This document shows, piece after piece, positions 1 through 9,467 of a DNA stretch of 64,000 bases. Positions within the stretch are counted from its first letter, which is position 1, and each line of letters begins with the position of its first letter. Origin of the DNA: Alkalispirochaeta sp. (GTDB lineage: Bacteria; Spirochaetota; Spirochaetia; DSM-27196; Alkalispirochaetaceae); assembly GCA_965601925.1 (NCBI GenBank), contig OZ271854.1, positions 224,001 to 288,000 on the forward strand. Direction: 5' to 3'. Position numbers and translations under genes: made by a program. A model generated the notes under the pieces. It saw only the letters and a list, made by a program, of their open reading frames with translations, made no database searches and was not told the origin of the DNA.

Positions 1-136
1 CGGAATCGCGATGGTTGCGCTGTGCCGTACCGATCCGTTCTTTGTCGGCAACGGCGTGGGCATCATTGTCCAGGGCTCATTTCTGTCGTTCTTTGATCGT
101 GTGCACGCCGTCAGGCTGCCATCTCAAGTGCCGCCG

Positions 137-145
137 TGGTATGAT
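137..145 (+). promoter_or_regulatory. Extended -10 element (TGnTATGAT) 8 nt before hisD ATG; likely leaderless
   Basis: TGG-TATGAT at 137-145, no SD before ATG 154. Confidence 0.45.
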
Positions 146-153
146 CCGACCCC

Positions 154-1461
154 ATGAACATCAGGGTATACCGCTGGAAGACGTTGACGGAGGAGGACCG
201 CCGCAGGATATTGGGTCGTTCACAGACCGATATTACGGCGCTCGTGGAGACGGTGCGCCCTATCGTCGACGATGTGTGCAGCCGCGGAGACACTGCGTTG
301 GTGGAGCTGACCCACACCTTCGACGGCGCGGATATCGCCGAGCGCGGAGTTGCCGTCGGCCGTCATGAGTTCGACGAGGCGTCGACTCTGATCGACGACA
401 CGTTAAAGGCGGCCCTCGACTACGCCATCGAGAATGTGCGGCGATTTCACGCCGCGCAGGTACATACGGCGCTGTCGTCGGTCGAGGTTCGTCCGGGCGT
501 CCTCGCCACCGAACGAGTGACGCCGATAGAGAGCGCGGGATTGTACGTACCGAGCGGACGAGGGAGCTTTCCGTCGATGTTGTACATGCTTGCCGTTCCC
601 GCCGTACTGGCGGGAGTACCGACGATCGTGGTAACGACTCCGCCGCGGCCGGACGGAACGGTCGATCCCGCGGTGTTGTACGCCGCACGTCGCTGCGGTA
701 TCGAGCAAGTGTATCGTGTCGGCGGTGCACAGGCGATCGCGGCGCTGGCCCGCGGAACCGAAAGCGTGCCGCCGGTGCGCAAAATCGTCGGACCGGGAAG
801 CGCCTACGTAGCCGCGGCGAAACGGCTGGTTGCGGACCACGTCGACGTAGGCCTCCCTGCCGGACCGTCGGAATCGATCGTCCTCGCCGACGAGCATGCG
901 GACCCGTGGCGCGTCGCGTTGGATCTCATGATCGAGGCCGAGCACGGGAGCGACTCGGCCGCCCTCCTGGTAACCGACTCTCCGGCCCTCGCCGATCGAA
1001 CCGCGGAACATATCCGCGCATTAATTAGGGAGGTTCCCGAGCCGCGGCGAACGTTTCTGGAGGACGTATTCGCAGGGTACGGCGGCTTCGTCATCACCGA
1101 GAATGAAGCTCAGAGTGTCGCGTTTGTTAATGAGTTCGCCCCGGAGCATTTGCTCATTCATACCGCAGACCCGCGCGCGCTCTCGACGCGCATCACCAAC
1201 GCCGCCGAGATATTGCTCGGTCCGCATACCGCCTTCAGCTTGGCAAACTACGCGACGGGCCCCAACGCCGTACTACCGACCGGCGGATGGGCCAAGAGTT
1301 GGGGACCGGTGTCGGTTCGCGACTTCCAGAAGAGTGTGACCGTAATCGAGGTGACCGAGACCGGCTACCGCGAGATGGCCGACCACGTTATTCGCCTCGC
1401 CGACCACGAGGGGTTCTTTACCCACGCCGCTGCCTTACGTCGACGGGACGAATCACCATGA
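154..1461 (+). CDS. hisD: Histidinol dehydrogenase homologue (HisD family, variant Zn ligands)
   Basis: Motifs GLYVPSG, VGGAQAIAALA, KIVGPG, AGPSE, EAEHG, FAPEHL, VLPTGG; some ligands atypical (see findings). Confidence 0.85.
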   Translation: MNIRVYRWKTLTEEDRRRILGRSQTDITALVETVRPIVDDVCSRGDTALVELTHTFDGADIAERGVAVGRHEFDEASTLIDDTLKAALDYAIENVRRFHAAQVHTALSSVEVRPGVLATERVTPIESAGLYVPSGRGSFPSMLYMLAVPAVLAGVPTIVVTTPPRPDGTVDPAVLYAARRCGIEQVYRVGGAQAIAALARGTESVPPVRKIVGPGSAYVAAAKRLVADHVDVGLPAGPSESIVLADEHADPWRVALDLMIEAEHGSDSAALLVTDSPALADRTAEHIRALIREVPEPRRTFLEDVFAGYGGFVITENEAQSVAFVNEFAPEHLLIHTADPRALSTRITNAAEILLGPHTAFSLANYATGPNAVLPTGGWAKSWGPVSVRDFQKSVTVIEVTETGYREMADHVIRLADHEGFFTHAAALRRRDESP

Positions 1462-2873
1462 ACGGTGACGGCGACCGCTCCGACGCACCGCACGAACCGT
1501 GGAGCGTCGAGACGGTATTCGAGCGCTTCGAGTCGCGCACCAACTTGGAGCGCACGGCGCCCCAGCTGCGTCTGTATCGTCTCGAACGTATGGAGACACT
1601 TCTCACCCGATTGGACGACGTACACCGGGCTCTACCGATCGTGCACCTTGCGGGATCGAAAGGGAAGGGCTCGACCGCCGCGTACGTCGCCTCGCTACTG
1701 GCTGCCGCAGGATACCGCGTGGGGCTGTATACCTCCCCGCACGTCCGCGACTATCGCGAACGTTTTACCGTGATAGCACCGGGAACGGCGGTCGGCGATG
1801 CGGAGCGCGACGCGGCGTTTCTCGACACCGACGGACACCTCGTGGAGCAAGGACGGCGTGTATGGTCGATCGTAGAGGCAATGATCGCCGAGGGCGCCGA
1901 GGAGGACGATCTCCCGACGACGTTCGAACTGTTGACCGCCCTCGCATTCTGTTACTTTCCCGCCGCCGGCTGCGACTGGATAGTCCTGGAGACCGGCATG
2001 GGAGGGAGGCTCGATGCAACTAATGTGTGCGCGCCGGCCCTTACGATGATAACGCGGATCGAGTTGGAACATACCGAGTACTTAGGCGATACCGTAGAGA
2101 AGATCGCCGCGGAAAAGGCGGGCATCATCAAAGAGGGCGTACCGCTTCTGTTGGCGCCTCAGGCGCCGGGGCCCGACGGCGTATTCGACGATGTCGCCGC
2201 GTCGCGCTCCGTGTCGGTGACGCGGGTCACGGAGCTTTCGGGCGCGCCGACGCACCGGGTCGATGCGGGCGCGTTCCGCGGTGAGACGGTCACACTCCCG
2301 CCGTGGGTGGACGGCGGGCACGCGACGCTGGCGATGCTCGGGCGCGTTCACCGCATCAACGCGGCAATGGCTCTGGAGGCGCTCCACAATCTGGTGCAAC
2401 GAGACGTCGTCGCGGCGCCGAGCGCCGAATCGATCCGTCGCGCCCTGGAGTATACCCGTCTCCCGGGGCGAGGAGAGGTACTGGACGAGCTGATCTTGGA
2501 CGGTGCCCACACACCGGAAAGCGCGACGAATCTCGCCTCCTCACTGCGGCAGGCGCTACCCGACGGACGGAAGATTCCCGTTATCATCGGGATCGTCGCC
2601 GGAAAGAATGTCGAGGGTATCGCCCGCGCGTTCTCATCCGTCGCCTCGTGCTTCATCGTCTCGCGCCCCGGACATTTCAAGCCGGGAGACCCGGCGGAGG
2701 TGACGCGCCGCATCGCCGCGTGCGGATTCGATGTGGAACTTGAAGAAGAACCGCGCAGCGCCCTCGAAAAAGCGCGGACGGCGCGTGATTCGGAAGGGAA
2801 TCGGGAGTTACCCATACTGGTAAGCGGCTCATTTTACATGGTCGCGGAAATCCGCCGTCTTGTGTTACCCTGA
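1458..2873 (+). CDS. folC: Folylpolyglutamate synthase / dihydrofolate synthase
   Basis: HLAGSKGKGST, GLYTSPH, TFELLT, ETGMGGRLDATN, IAAEKAGIIK, LDGAHT, SGSFY; ATG 1458 overlaps hisD stop (ATGA). Confidence 0.92.
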   Translation: MNGDGDRSDAPHEPWSVETVFERFESRTNLERTAPQLRLYRLERMETLLTRLDDVHRALPIVHLAGSKGKGSTAAYVASLLAAAGYRVGLYTSPHVRDYRERFTVIAPGTAVGDAERDAAFLDTDGHLVEQGRRVWSIVEAMIAEGAEEDDLPTTFELLTALAFCYFPAAGCDWIVLETGMGGRLDATNVCAPALTMITRIELEHTEYLGDTVEKIAAEKAGIIKEGVPLLLAPQAPGPDGVFDDVAASRSVSVTRVTELSGAPTHRVDAGAFRGETVTLPPWVDGGHATLAMLGRVHRINAAMALEALHNLVQRDVVAAPSAESIRRALEYTRLPGRGEVLDELILDGAHTPESATNLASSLRQALPDGRKIPVIIGIVAGKNVEGIARAFSSVASCFIVSRPGHFKPGDPAEVTRRIAACGFDVELEEEPRSALEKARTARDSEGNRELPILVSGSFYMVAEIRRLVLP

Positions 2874-2877
2874 TAGT

Positions 2878-3432
2878 ATGGTAAATGCAGTCGGCGACCG
2901 ACTTTCCGTCATACTCGGAGACATCACTACCCGCCGAGTGAACGCGATCGTGAACGCCGCAAACTCGTCGCTCGGCGGCGGCGGCGGCGTAGACGGCGCC
3001 ATTCACGCTGCGGGGGGGCCGACCATCGGACGGGAGTGTCGAGCCTTGCGGGAGAGCACGCTTCCCGACGGTCTCCCGACCGGCGAGGCGGTCGCAACCA
3101 CGGGGGGAGATCTACCGGCTCGCTGGGTCATTCACACCGTCGGTCCGATCTGGCGGGGCGGCGCGCACGATGAAGATGCGCTCCTCGCCCACGCCGTCGA
3201 CGCCTGTTTTTCCGTCGCTCGGCAACTATCGGAGCAAAACGCGGAACCGATACGTTCAATCGCCTTTCCCGCGATCTCCACCGGAGTGTACGGATTTCCG
3301 CGGGAGCGGGCGTACCCAATCATCCGAGACCGCATACTCGCCCAGCTACGGAGCCATACTCTTCCTCAATCGGTCGAACTCGTACTTCACGCACGAAACG
3401 ATCTGGAGTTATATCATAGCGTATGTCCATAA
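2878..3432 (+). CDS. Macrodomain O-acetyl-ADP-ribose deacetylase (YmdB/MacroD type)
   Basis: GDIT, AIVNAAN, GGGGVDGAIH, VIHTVGPIW, IAFPAISTGVYGFP. Confidence 0.92.
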   Translation: MVNAVGDRLSVILGDITTRRVNAIVNAANSSLGGGGGVDGAIHAAGGPTIGRECRALRESTLPDGLPTGEAVATTGGDLPARWVIHTVGPIWRGGAHDEDALLAHAVDACFSVARQLSEQNAEPIRSIAFPAISTGVYGFPRERAYPIIRDRILAQLRSHTLPQSVELVLHARNDLELYHSVCP

Positions 3433-4886
3433 ATAGCGCCGAGATAGACGGGATTCTCGCGGAGCTCGACCTTACAGGCCAACATATCCAGAAGGTGATT
3501 CAACCCGATTTTCGGAATCTGTATCTGCAGCTCTTTCGTCCCCCCCGGTCGTGGTGGCTGCGCGTATGTCTGGAAAATCCGTATGTGCGCTTTCATGAGA
3601 CGGCGAAACCGCCGCGGGCCAAGCGGAGCCATCAACGATTCGAGGATTTTTTGTGGTCTCGTCTACGCGGGGGACGTGTCGTAGATACCGAACACGTCTA
3701 TCGCGACCGCATCGTCCGCCTCACCGTAGAGCGTGCCGGTGAACGGAGTTTCTTGTACATCCGCCTGTGGGGTTCGCAGGCGAACGTCATCGTCACCGCG
3801 CCCGACGGCACGATTCTCGACGCATTCTTTCGTAAACCGAAACGAGGGATCGAAACGGGTGGTCATTTTGTGCCCGAGAAGCCGCCAAAGGCCGAAAAGC
3901 CGCGGGAGATCCGCCCTATCTCTGCGGGTCGAACGCTCAATAGCGTGATCGACGAGGAGTATCGGACCGCCGAGACGGCACGTGAAAAAGAACGGTTGGT
4001 CGCGCGATGCCGGCGGGCTCTAGACAAGCAAAGGCGCCGGCTCTCTACTCGCTTGAGTGAACTCGAAGCGGGGCTGGCCGACGCGTCTTCAAACGATCGC
4101 AATCGCCACTACGGCGACCTCATTCTCGCCAACCTTCATGGTACCCGCACCGGAGAGCGCTGGATAGAAGTCGCAGACTATGCCGACGGTAATCGTACGT
4201 TGAGGATCGAGCTCGACCCGACCCGGCCGCCTGCGGACAATGCCAAAGCCTACTACGACCGAGCCCGACGCGCCGAGGACAAGGCGAACCTCCTGGAGGA
4301 AAACGCGGCCAACGTTCGTACGCGCCTTCACGCCGTAGAACGGAGACTGGAGCGTCTCGACGACATGGAACCGTCGGATCTTCGTCGCATGGCGAGCGAG
4401 GTGGAACCGGCGACGGCGAGTCGGTCCGATCGCGCCGCTCTTCCGGGCCTCGAGTTCGAGTCGAACGGCTTCCGAATCCTCGTGGGGCGAAATGCGCGCG
4501 AGAACGACCACCTCCTTCGCCGAGCGGTACGAGGAAACGATTGGTGGCTCCACACGCGCGACTACCCGGGCGGCTATGTGTTCGTCCTCAACCGTCCGGG
4601 CAAGAGCGTGCCGTTGGAGGCGCTCTTAGATGCCGGAAATCTTGCGCTGTTTTTCAGCAAAGCGCGCGCGAACGGACGCGCCGATCTCTACTATACTCAA
4701 GTTAAGTATCTCCGCCGCGCCAAACACGCACCCGTCGGCTTGGTCATCCCGACACAAGAGAAAAACTTGGCCGTGGAGCTCGACGAGAATCGTCTGTCGC
4801 GCCTCGGAATCGGTCTGGGGCTGTCGGGCGAGGTCGCAACGCAGTCCGGGAACGGAAAAGACCGCGTGGGTTACCGGGACGGCTAA
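3423..4886 (+). CDS. rqcH: NFACT family (RqcH/Rqc2/FbpA) ribosome quality-control protein, compact form
   Basis: N-terminal DR motif (YRDRIV), coiled coil, NAKAYY, C-terminal NFACT-R (VGRNARENDHL, WLHTRDYPGGYV, YTQVKYL). Confidence 0.85.
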   Translation: MSINSAEIDGILAELDLTGQHIQKVIQPDFRNLYLQLFRPPRSWWLRVCLENPYVRFHETAKPPRAKRSHQRFEDFLWSRLRGGRVVDTEHVYRDRIVRLTVERAGERSFLYIRLWGSQANVIVTAPDGTILDAFFRKPKRGIETGGHFVPEKPPKAEKPREIRPISAGRTLNSVIDEEYRTAETAREKERLVARCRRALDKQRRRLSTRLSELEAGLADASSNDRNRHYGDLILANLHGTRTGERWIEVADYADGNRTLRIELDPTRPPADNAKAYYDRARRAEDKANLLEENAANVRTRLHAVERRLERLDDMEPSDLRRMASEVEPATASRSDRAALPGLEFESNGFRILVGRNARENDHLLRRAVRGNDWWLHTRDYPGGYVFVLNRPGKSVPLEALLDAGNLALFFSKARANGRADLYYTQVKYLRRAKHAPVGLVIPTQEKNLAVELDENRLSRLGIGLGLSGEVATQSGNGKDRVGYRDG

Positions 4887-4944
4887 GGGCGGATCGTTCA
4901 TATGGTGCGGATGATAGAGAAGATGGAGCATTGAGGTTGTACTG

Positions 4945-5754
4945 ATGGTCCGTCCGATGGTAGTGGATGGGTTTTTGTACCCTTCCGACCCGGCAGCGTT
5001 GAAATCTCGACTTCAGCGAGCGTTCATAGAAGCTCGCGTGACGCGCAATCACGCCTCGGTCGTCGTGGCACCCTACGGCTCCTACGACTTGATGCTCTCA
5101 TACATCGCCGGTAGTCTGCGCGCCACCAACATCTCCGACCCGGAGTTCGTGTTGCTCCTCGCCCCGCCGGACGCCGAGGTGTGGAACCGCATCCTCATAC
5201 CGGAATCCGACGCGTTTGAGACTCCCTTCGGCGAGATTCCGGTTCAACGAGAGATCTGCGATTCCCTGGCGGCCGCCGACGAGCTGTTCGCGGTGGACGA
5301 GATTGCACACCTCCAGAATCACAGTATCGAGGTCTTTCTGCCGGCGATACACTACCTCTTCGGGCCGGTACCCATCGTGCCGCTTCTGGTCGGGCACATC
5401 TCCGGCGAGAAACTGGTCACCGCGCACTCGCATCTGACCCGCATTACCCGCGAGGCGCGGAATCTCGTCGTCGCCGGAGCCAATCTGAGTGGATTTACCG
5501 ACCCCTCGGAGGCGGACGGACGGGCGCGCAAAATCATTCGCCTTATCATGACCGGCCCGGGCCAGAAAATCCTCGAAAACCTCGACACGTTGGAGGACGC
5601 TCCGCGTTCCTTGTCGACGATCGTTCTGTCGCACCTTTTGGCGGGCGAAGAGTGTCGCCCCACGGTACTCGCCCGTGGTACCTTTGAGACGGAAGTCGAA
5701 GGTCACGTCGGTGGCGTCGTGTTTGCGTCCATCGCGTACTTCCACGGGGCATAA
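4945..5754 (+). CDS. amrB: AmmeMemoRadiSam protein B / MEMO1-like protein (degenerate active site)
   Basis: VRPMVVDGFLYP, FETPFGEIPV, HSIEVFLP, IVPLLVG, C-terminal VVFASIAY. Confidence 0.75.
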   Translation: MVRPMVVDGFLYPSDPAALKSRLQRAFIEARVTRNHASVVVAPYGSYDLMLSYIAGSLRATNISDPEFVLLLAPPDAEVWNRILIPESDAFETPFGEIPVQREICDSLAAADELFAVDEIAHLQNHSIEVFLPAIHYLFGPVPIVPLLVGHISGEKLVTAHSHLTRITREARNLVVAGANLSGFTDPSEADGRARKIIRLIMTGPGQKILENLDTLEDAPRSLSTIVLSHLLAGEECRPTVLARGTFETEVEGHVGGVVFASIAYFHGA

Positions 5755-5775
5755 CGCCCGGATGCGAGTGAGGCA

Positions 5776-7200
5776 ATGAATATTACACGACAAACCGACG
5801 ACCGTATCGTCGTTACGAGCGAGGATCGCACACTTTTGGGGATACGGACGGGAATCGCAGCCCGCGGGTTCGGCGCGCAACGCATGAGTGCCGTTGCGCG
5901 GCGCGGCGGCACACTCATCGGCGGCGACCGATTCGAGTCGTGGCCCGTGGAACGACTCGTGGAGAGTGACGGGGAGTTCTACCTGTGCGGCCCACGACAC
6001 GAGGGAAAAACGATCGCGGAGTTGCTGGACGACGCCGCGGCCGACGTCACCGATTGGCTTCCGCTCCTCCTCGACGCGCTCCGTCGCGCCCTCGTCCACG
6101 ACGATCTGGCGCTCTGCAATATTTCGACGTCCCTGGTCACCGACGACGGCCGCGTACTCTTTCTCGACGCCGAACTCGCATCGACGATACATACCAATCT
6201 CCCCCTCGACGAACGGCGAAGAGTCTATGCACCGTATCGCTACGATACGTTGCGCGGCGTCGATGCGCACATATACCACGCGCTGGCGATCGCCTACCAC
6301 GCCCTCGCCGGCGTTGCGGTCTGCCCGCCGGACGAAGGGGACGCGGGCGACACGTCGACGGAGTGCCATTCATCGGCGCTCGTGAAAACTCCGATGCGCT
6401 TTCATAATCCGGCGTTGCGCGCCGAGTTGTGCGTAGCGATCGAAGGCGGTCTCTCCCGGTCGGAAAAGCGGTCGCCGGAGCTCCTTGACGAGATCGCGGC
6501 GCTACTTCGAGCGGGTCCCGCCGAAGAATCCATCGATTCTCGAGAGGCGACCGACAGACGTAATGCCGCCCGGGAGATGGTCGAGGCGAACAGCGTCAGA
6601 GTGCGCCGCCGCACATTTTGGCGCAAGCGCGGAATGACGGTGCTGGCCGTATCCGTCGCGCTCTTGGTTGTCGGAATCGTCCCGTATAGGATCATAGCCG
6701 GTAGGCTTGAGGCGCCGGCGACCGTCGGAATGGGTCCCCGTGAGGTGGCGCGGACGTTCTACGATGCGTGGAATGATCTCGACCACATCCTCATGGAGGA
6801 TACGCTCGCCGACGGCGTGGGGCGCGGGGTAATACGCGAGGTGACCAACGTATATGTCATAGATCGAGTGCAAACCGCTCATACGTGGGAGAGTCTTCTG
6901 CTACCGGCCGACGAATGGCTGGACGCCGGCAGACCGGTCGGGAGAATGCCGTACGGCGTGGCGGAACTCGACCTTCGCCTCGTAACCGAAGGAGCGGACA
7001 CCGCCACGGTGCACGCGCAGTACGATGTGTGGCGACCGGAAAGCGTCGACACGCCGGACGGAACCGGCTCCACCGTCGCGGTGAGGACGCCGATCTCCGA
7101 GCGTCTCCTCCTCGCCCGCGGCCGCCATAGTTGGGAAATCATCGAAATACGGACCAGCGTCGACGGCGAGAGGGAGCGCGTCCCCATCAATCTCCGGTAA
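5776..7200 (+). CDS. Membrane protein with degenerate Ser/Thr-kinase-like N-terminal region, one TM helix and an extracytoplasmic domain
   Basis: Kinase C-lobe-like segments (VTDDGRVLFLD, IYHALAIAYHALAG, PMRFHNPALRAEL); TM GMTVLAVSVALLVVGIVPY after a basic stretch. Confidence 0.6.
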   Translation: MNITRQTDDRIVVTSEDRTLLGIRTGIAARGFGAQRMSAVARRGGTLIGGDRFESWPVERLVESDGEFYLCGPRHEGKTIAELLDDAAADVTDWLPLLLDALRRALVHDDLALCNISTSLVTDDGRVLFLDAELASTIHTNLPLDERRRVYAPYRYDTLRGVDAHIYHALAIAYHALAGVAVCPPDEGDAGDTSTECHSSALVKTPMRFHNPALRAELCVAIEGGLSRSEKRSPELLDEIAALLRAGPAEESIDSREATDRRNAAREMVEANSVRVRRRTFWRKRGMTVLAVSVALLVVGIVPYRIIAGRLEAPATVGMGPREVARTFYDAWNDLDHILMEDTLADGVGRGVIREVTNVYVIDRVQTAHTWESLLLPADEWLDAGRPVGRMPYGVAELDLRLVTEGADTATVHAQYDVWRPESVDTPDGTGSTVAVRTPISERLLLARGRHSWEIIEIRTSVDGERERVPINLR

Positions 7201-8443
7201 CGGCGCTGAGCAGATAGGAGATCAGGCCCGATCCGATAAAGATACCGCCTCCGATCATGAGCCCGGTTCCGGCTCCGCCGTCGCCGAGATCGCCGAACGA
7301 TCCCACGTCGTCGGAGTGCCACGCGGTAGCGAGTCCCGCTATCTCCAACGCTATACCGACTCCCATGAACCAGTGCCCGGCGACACGCCACTGCGCGGCT
7401 TGTCCTTCCACATCGGGCGAAATCAACGTACGGATACGGTCGTCGGGAAGCGGTTCCTGGAGCTCTACGGCGTCGGGTTCGCGCGCTACGACCTCTTCGG
7501 TATCCTCGGCCGCCGGGTCATCGGACGAATGGAGCAAGCCCTCCCGACGGAGCCGTTGGAGCTCCTCGTACTGCAAGCGCTCCTGGGTCAACTCTTCTAC
7601 CCGGGCGTTGATACCCGGAAAGACGGCCTCGACCTGATCGGGCTCTACCGCATCGCGCTGAAAGTCACGCTCGGTCCAGAACTGCTCGATCTCCTCCTGG
7701 AGAGACTCCGTTTGAAAGACGATCGGGCGTGCCGGCGCTCCGTCCGGCCGGACTCGATCGCCGCGCGGTTCATCGGGTAGCGCCGGCCGTACGGCGTCGG
7801 TTGCAAGAGAAGCGGGCACTTCGGTGACGACACTCACCATCTCCTCGGCGGTCAGCCGAACGGTCTGTGGTGTCGCGCCCGTATCCGCACCCTCGGCATC
7901 GGCCTCGACCGCGATGTTCTCCGAGACCTCGACTTCACCCTCGAAGACGTACACTCGTGTCTGAAGCTCGTTCGTCGCATCGCGCTCTACGACCATATCG
8001 TACCCGAAGTCGGTACCGCGCACGCCGGCAACGGCGGTAAAGCCTCGAATTTCAAACGTTTCGTTCGTTGTGATACGTTCCACTCGAGCGCGCAGGCGTC
8101 CGTAATTCATGTTGAACGTTCCCCCGCCGGCGCCACCTAAACTCTCGATTTCAAAGGTGGTGTTTTCAGCTACTTTTACGATCGTACGCGACGGCATCAC
8201 TTGGATCTCGACGAAGGTATCACCGCCGGTTTGTACCAAGTCTCCCGCCAAGAGGGGCATGCCGAGCACATCATCGACCAACACGTCGTACGTGCTCAGC
8301 TCACCGTTTCGAAAGATGGAAAGATCGAAGCCCTCGGCGTATATGACGAAGGCGTACGTATCGCTCTGGGCCGCCACGGCGGAGGAGACGCCGAAAAGGA
8401 GGGCGAGACACAGAACGAACGACACCGATCTATTCGGCTTCAT
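7187..8443 (-). CDS. FecR-domain exported/membrane protein
   Basis: Signal peptide from ATG 8443; GDLVQTG, VAENT, TAVAGVRGTDF, VFEGEVEV; two C-terminal hydrophobic helices. Confidence 0.78.
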   Translation of the reverse strand: MKPNRSVSFVLCLALLFGVSSAVAAQSDTYAFVIYAEGFDLSIFRNGELSTYDVLVDDVLGMPLLAGDLVQTGGDTFVEIQVMPSRTIVKVAENTTFEIESLGGAGGGTFNMNYGRLRARVERITTNETFEIRGFTAVAGVRGTDFGYDMVVERDATNELQTRVYVFEGEVEVSENIAVEADAEGADTGATPQTVRLTAEEMVSVVTEVPASLATDAVRPALPDEPRGDRVRPDGAPARPIVFQTESLQEEIEQFWTERDFQRDAVEPDQVEAVFPGINARVEELTQERLQYEELQRLRREGLLHSSDDPAAEDTEEVVAREPDAVELQEPLPDDRIRTLISPDVEGQAAQWRVAGHWFMGVGIALEIAGLATAWHSDDVGSFGDLGDGGAGTGLMIGGGIFIGSGLISYLLSAVTGD

Positions 8444-8449
8444 ACTACA

Positions 8450-8513
8450 ACTGTAGCCCGTGTAGACCGGAATCACAATATCGCTTGAAGGAGGCGATGT
8501 TTCCGAGTACTTT
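8450..8513. promoter_or_regulatory. Back-to-back sigma70-type promoters for the FecR gene and the 8520 gene
   Basis: Minus: TTGTGA(8478-8473)-17-TACAGT(8455-8450)-6-ATG; plus: TTGAAG(8485-8490)-17-TACTTT(8508-8513)-6-ATG. Confidence 0.5.
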
Positions 8514-8519
8514 TCTGCA

Positions 8520-9467
8520 ATGGCGCTTAGTCCGAGTGCGATCCACCTATCTGTCGGCGATGCGGAGATCAACGCGATCATCCGGAGAGAGGTCGGCGGC
8601 GGCGTCTCGTATACGCGCCATTTCAACCAAGGGGAGGACTTTTTTCTCAAACTGGGGACCGACTTCGTCGTGCCGTCACTCCCGATCCACCACGATGTTC
8701 GACAACGGGAACCGGAGCCGGCTTATCTTAAGACGATCGGCGGTCTGATGGATACGCTGCAAGGGTTGATCCCCGACATCTTCGAAGGCCTCACCTACGT
8801 ATTTAACCCGACCGAAGTGCTACGCCCGATGTTTTTCCAACTCTTTCGCGTCGACGGCGACGGCTATCTCTACATAGTGAAGCTCGATTTGGTATGCCGC
8901 CCACAGAACCATCATATCGTCGAAAGGGGCACCAACGACGCCACGCCGGTCTATCGTACCAACGAGCTCATCGTCGAGGCCGACATCGTTCCCTTGAGCG
9001 AAATCCTCTCCGAGGACGGGCGGACCACCGGCGTGGTCGCCGAGCAACTTATCTCGGACACGTGGATCGGTGAGACGGGAAGAGGTTACTTTGTTCAGGG
9101 TATCTGGTTGGACACCGACCTTACCAAGTTCTTTTCCAAGTTGTTCGTCCCGGCGGGCAAGCGAATCTATCCGTACTATCCCTTCAACAGCAAGTACCGC
9201 AGCGTATGCCACCGCCCCATCGCCCTCGGGCTCGCCGAGAGGAGGCGCGCGGTCCCGATTCTCCACCACGTCAAAGAATTTCTCAAACCGCACCTTGAAC
9301 GCATCGAGCGCGTATTGCGGGAACAGGAGTTTTCCGACGCATTACCGGAGTTTCAGGAGATACGGTCCACCGTTCCCGGGGAGTGGATGCAGTGGTTGGA
9401 GCCGGTCACGCTTTCGGTCTATCTCAATGAAGAGGACATGAAGGAGTTCGAAATCGTTGACTCATAA
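8520..9467 (+). CDS. Hypothetical cytoplasmic protein upstream of murD
   Basis: 315-aa ORF with globular composition, promoter upstream, overlaps murD start. Confidence 0.75.
   Translation: MALSPSAIHLSVGDAEINAIIRREVGGGVSYTRHFNQGEDFFLKLGTDFVVPSLPIHHDVRQREPEPAYLKTIGGLMDTLQGLIPDIFEGLTYVFNPTEVLRPMFFQLFRVDGDGYLYIVKLDLVCRPQNHHIVERGTNDATPVYRTNELIVEADIVPLSEILSEDGRTTGVVAEQLISDTWIGETGRGYFVQGIWLDTDLTKFFSKLFVPAGKRIYPYYPFNSKYRSVCHRPIALGLAERRRAVPILHHVKEFLKPHLERIERVLREQEFSDALPEFQEIRSTVPGEWMQWLEPVTLSVYLNEEDMKEFEIVDS

Noticed and set aside
1287..1457. Extended N-termini in the ORF track (folC, E2, rnfG, rnfD, rnfC, pgl, HD protein, FGE protein)
   Set aside because: They overlap upstream genes; downstream starts with SD or stop-start coupling fit better
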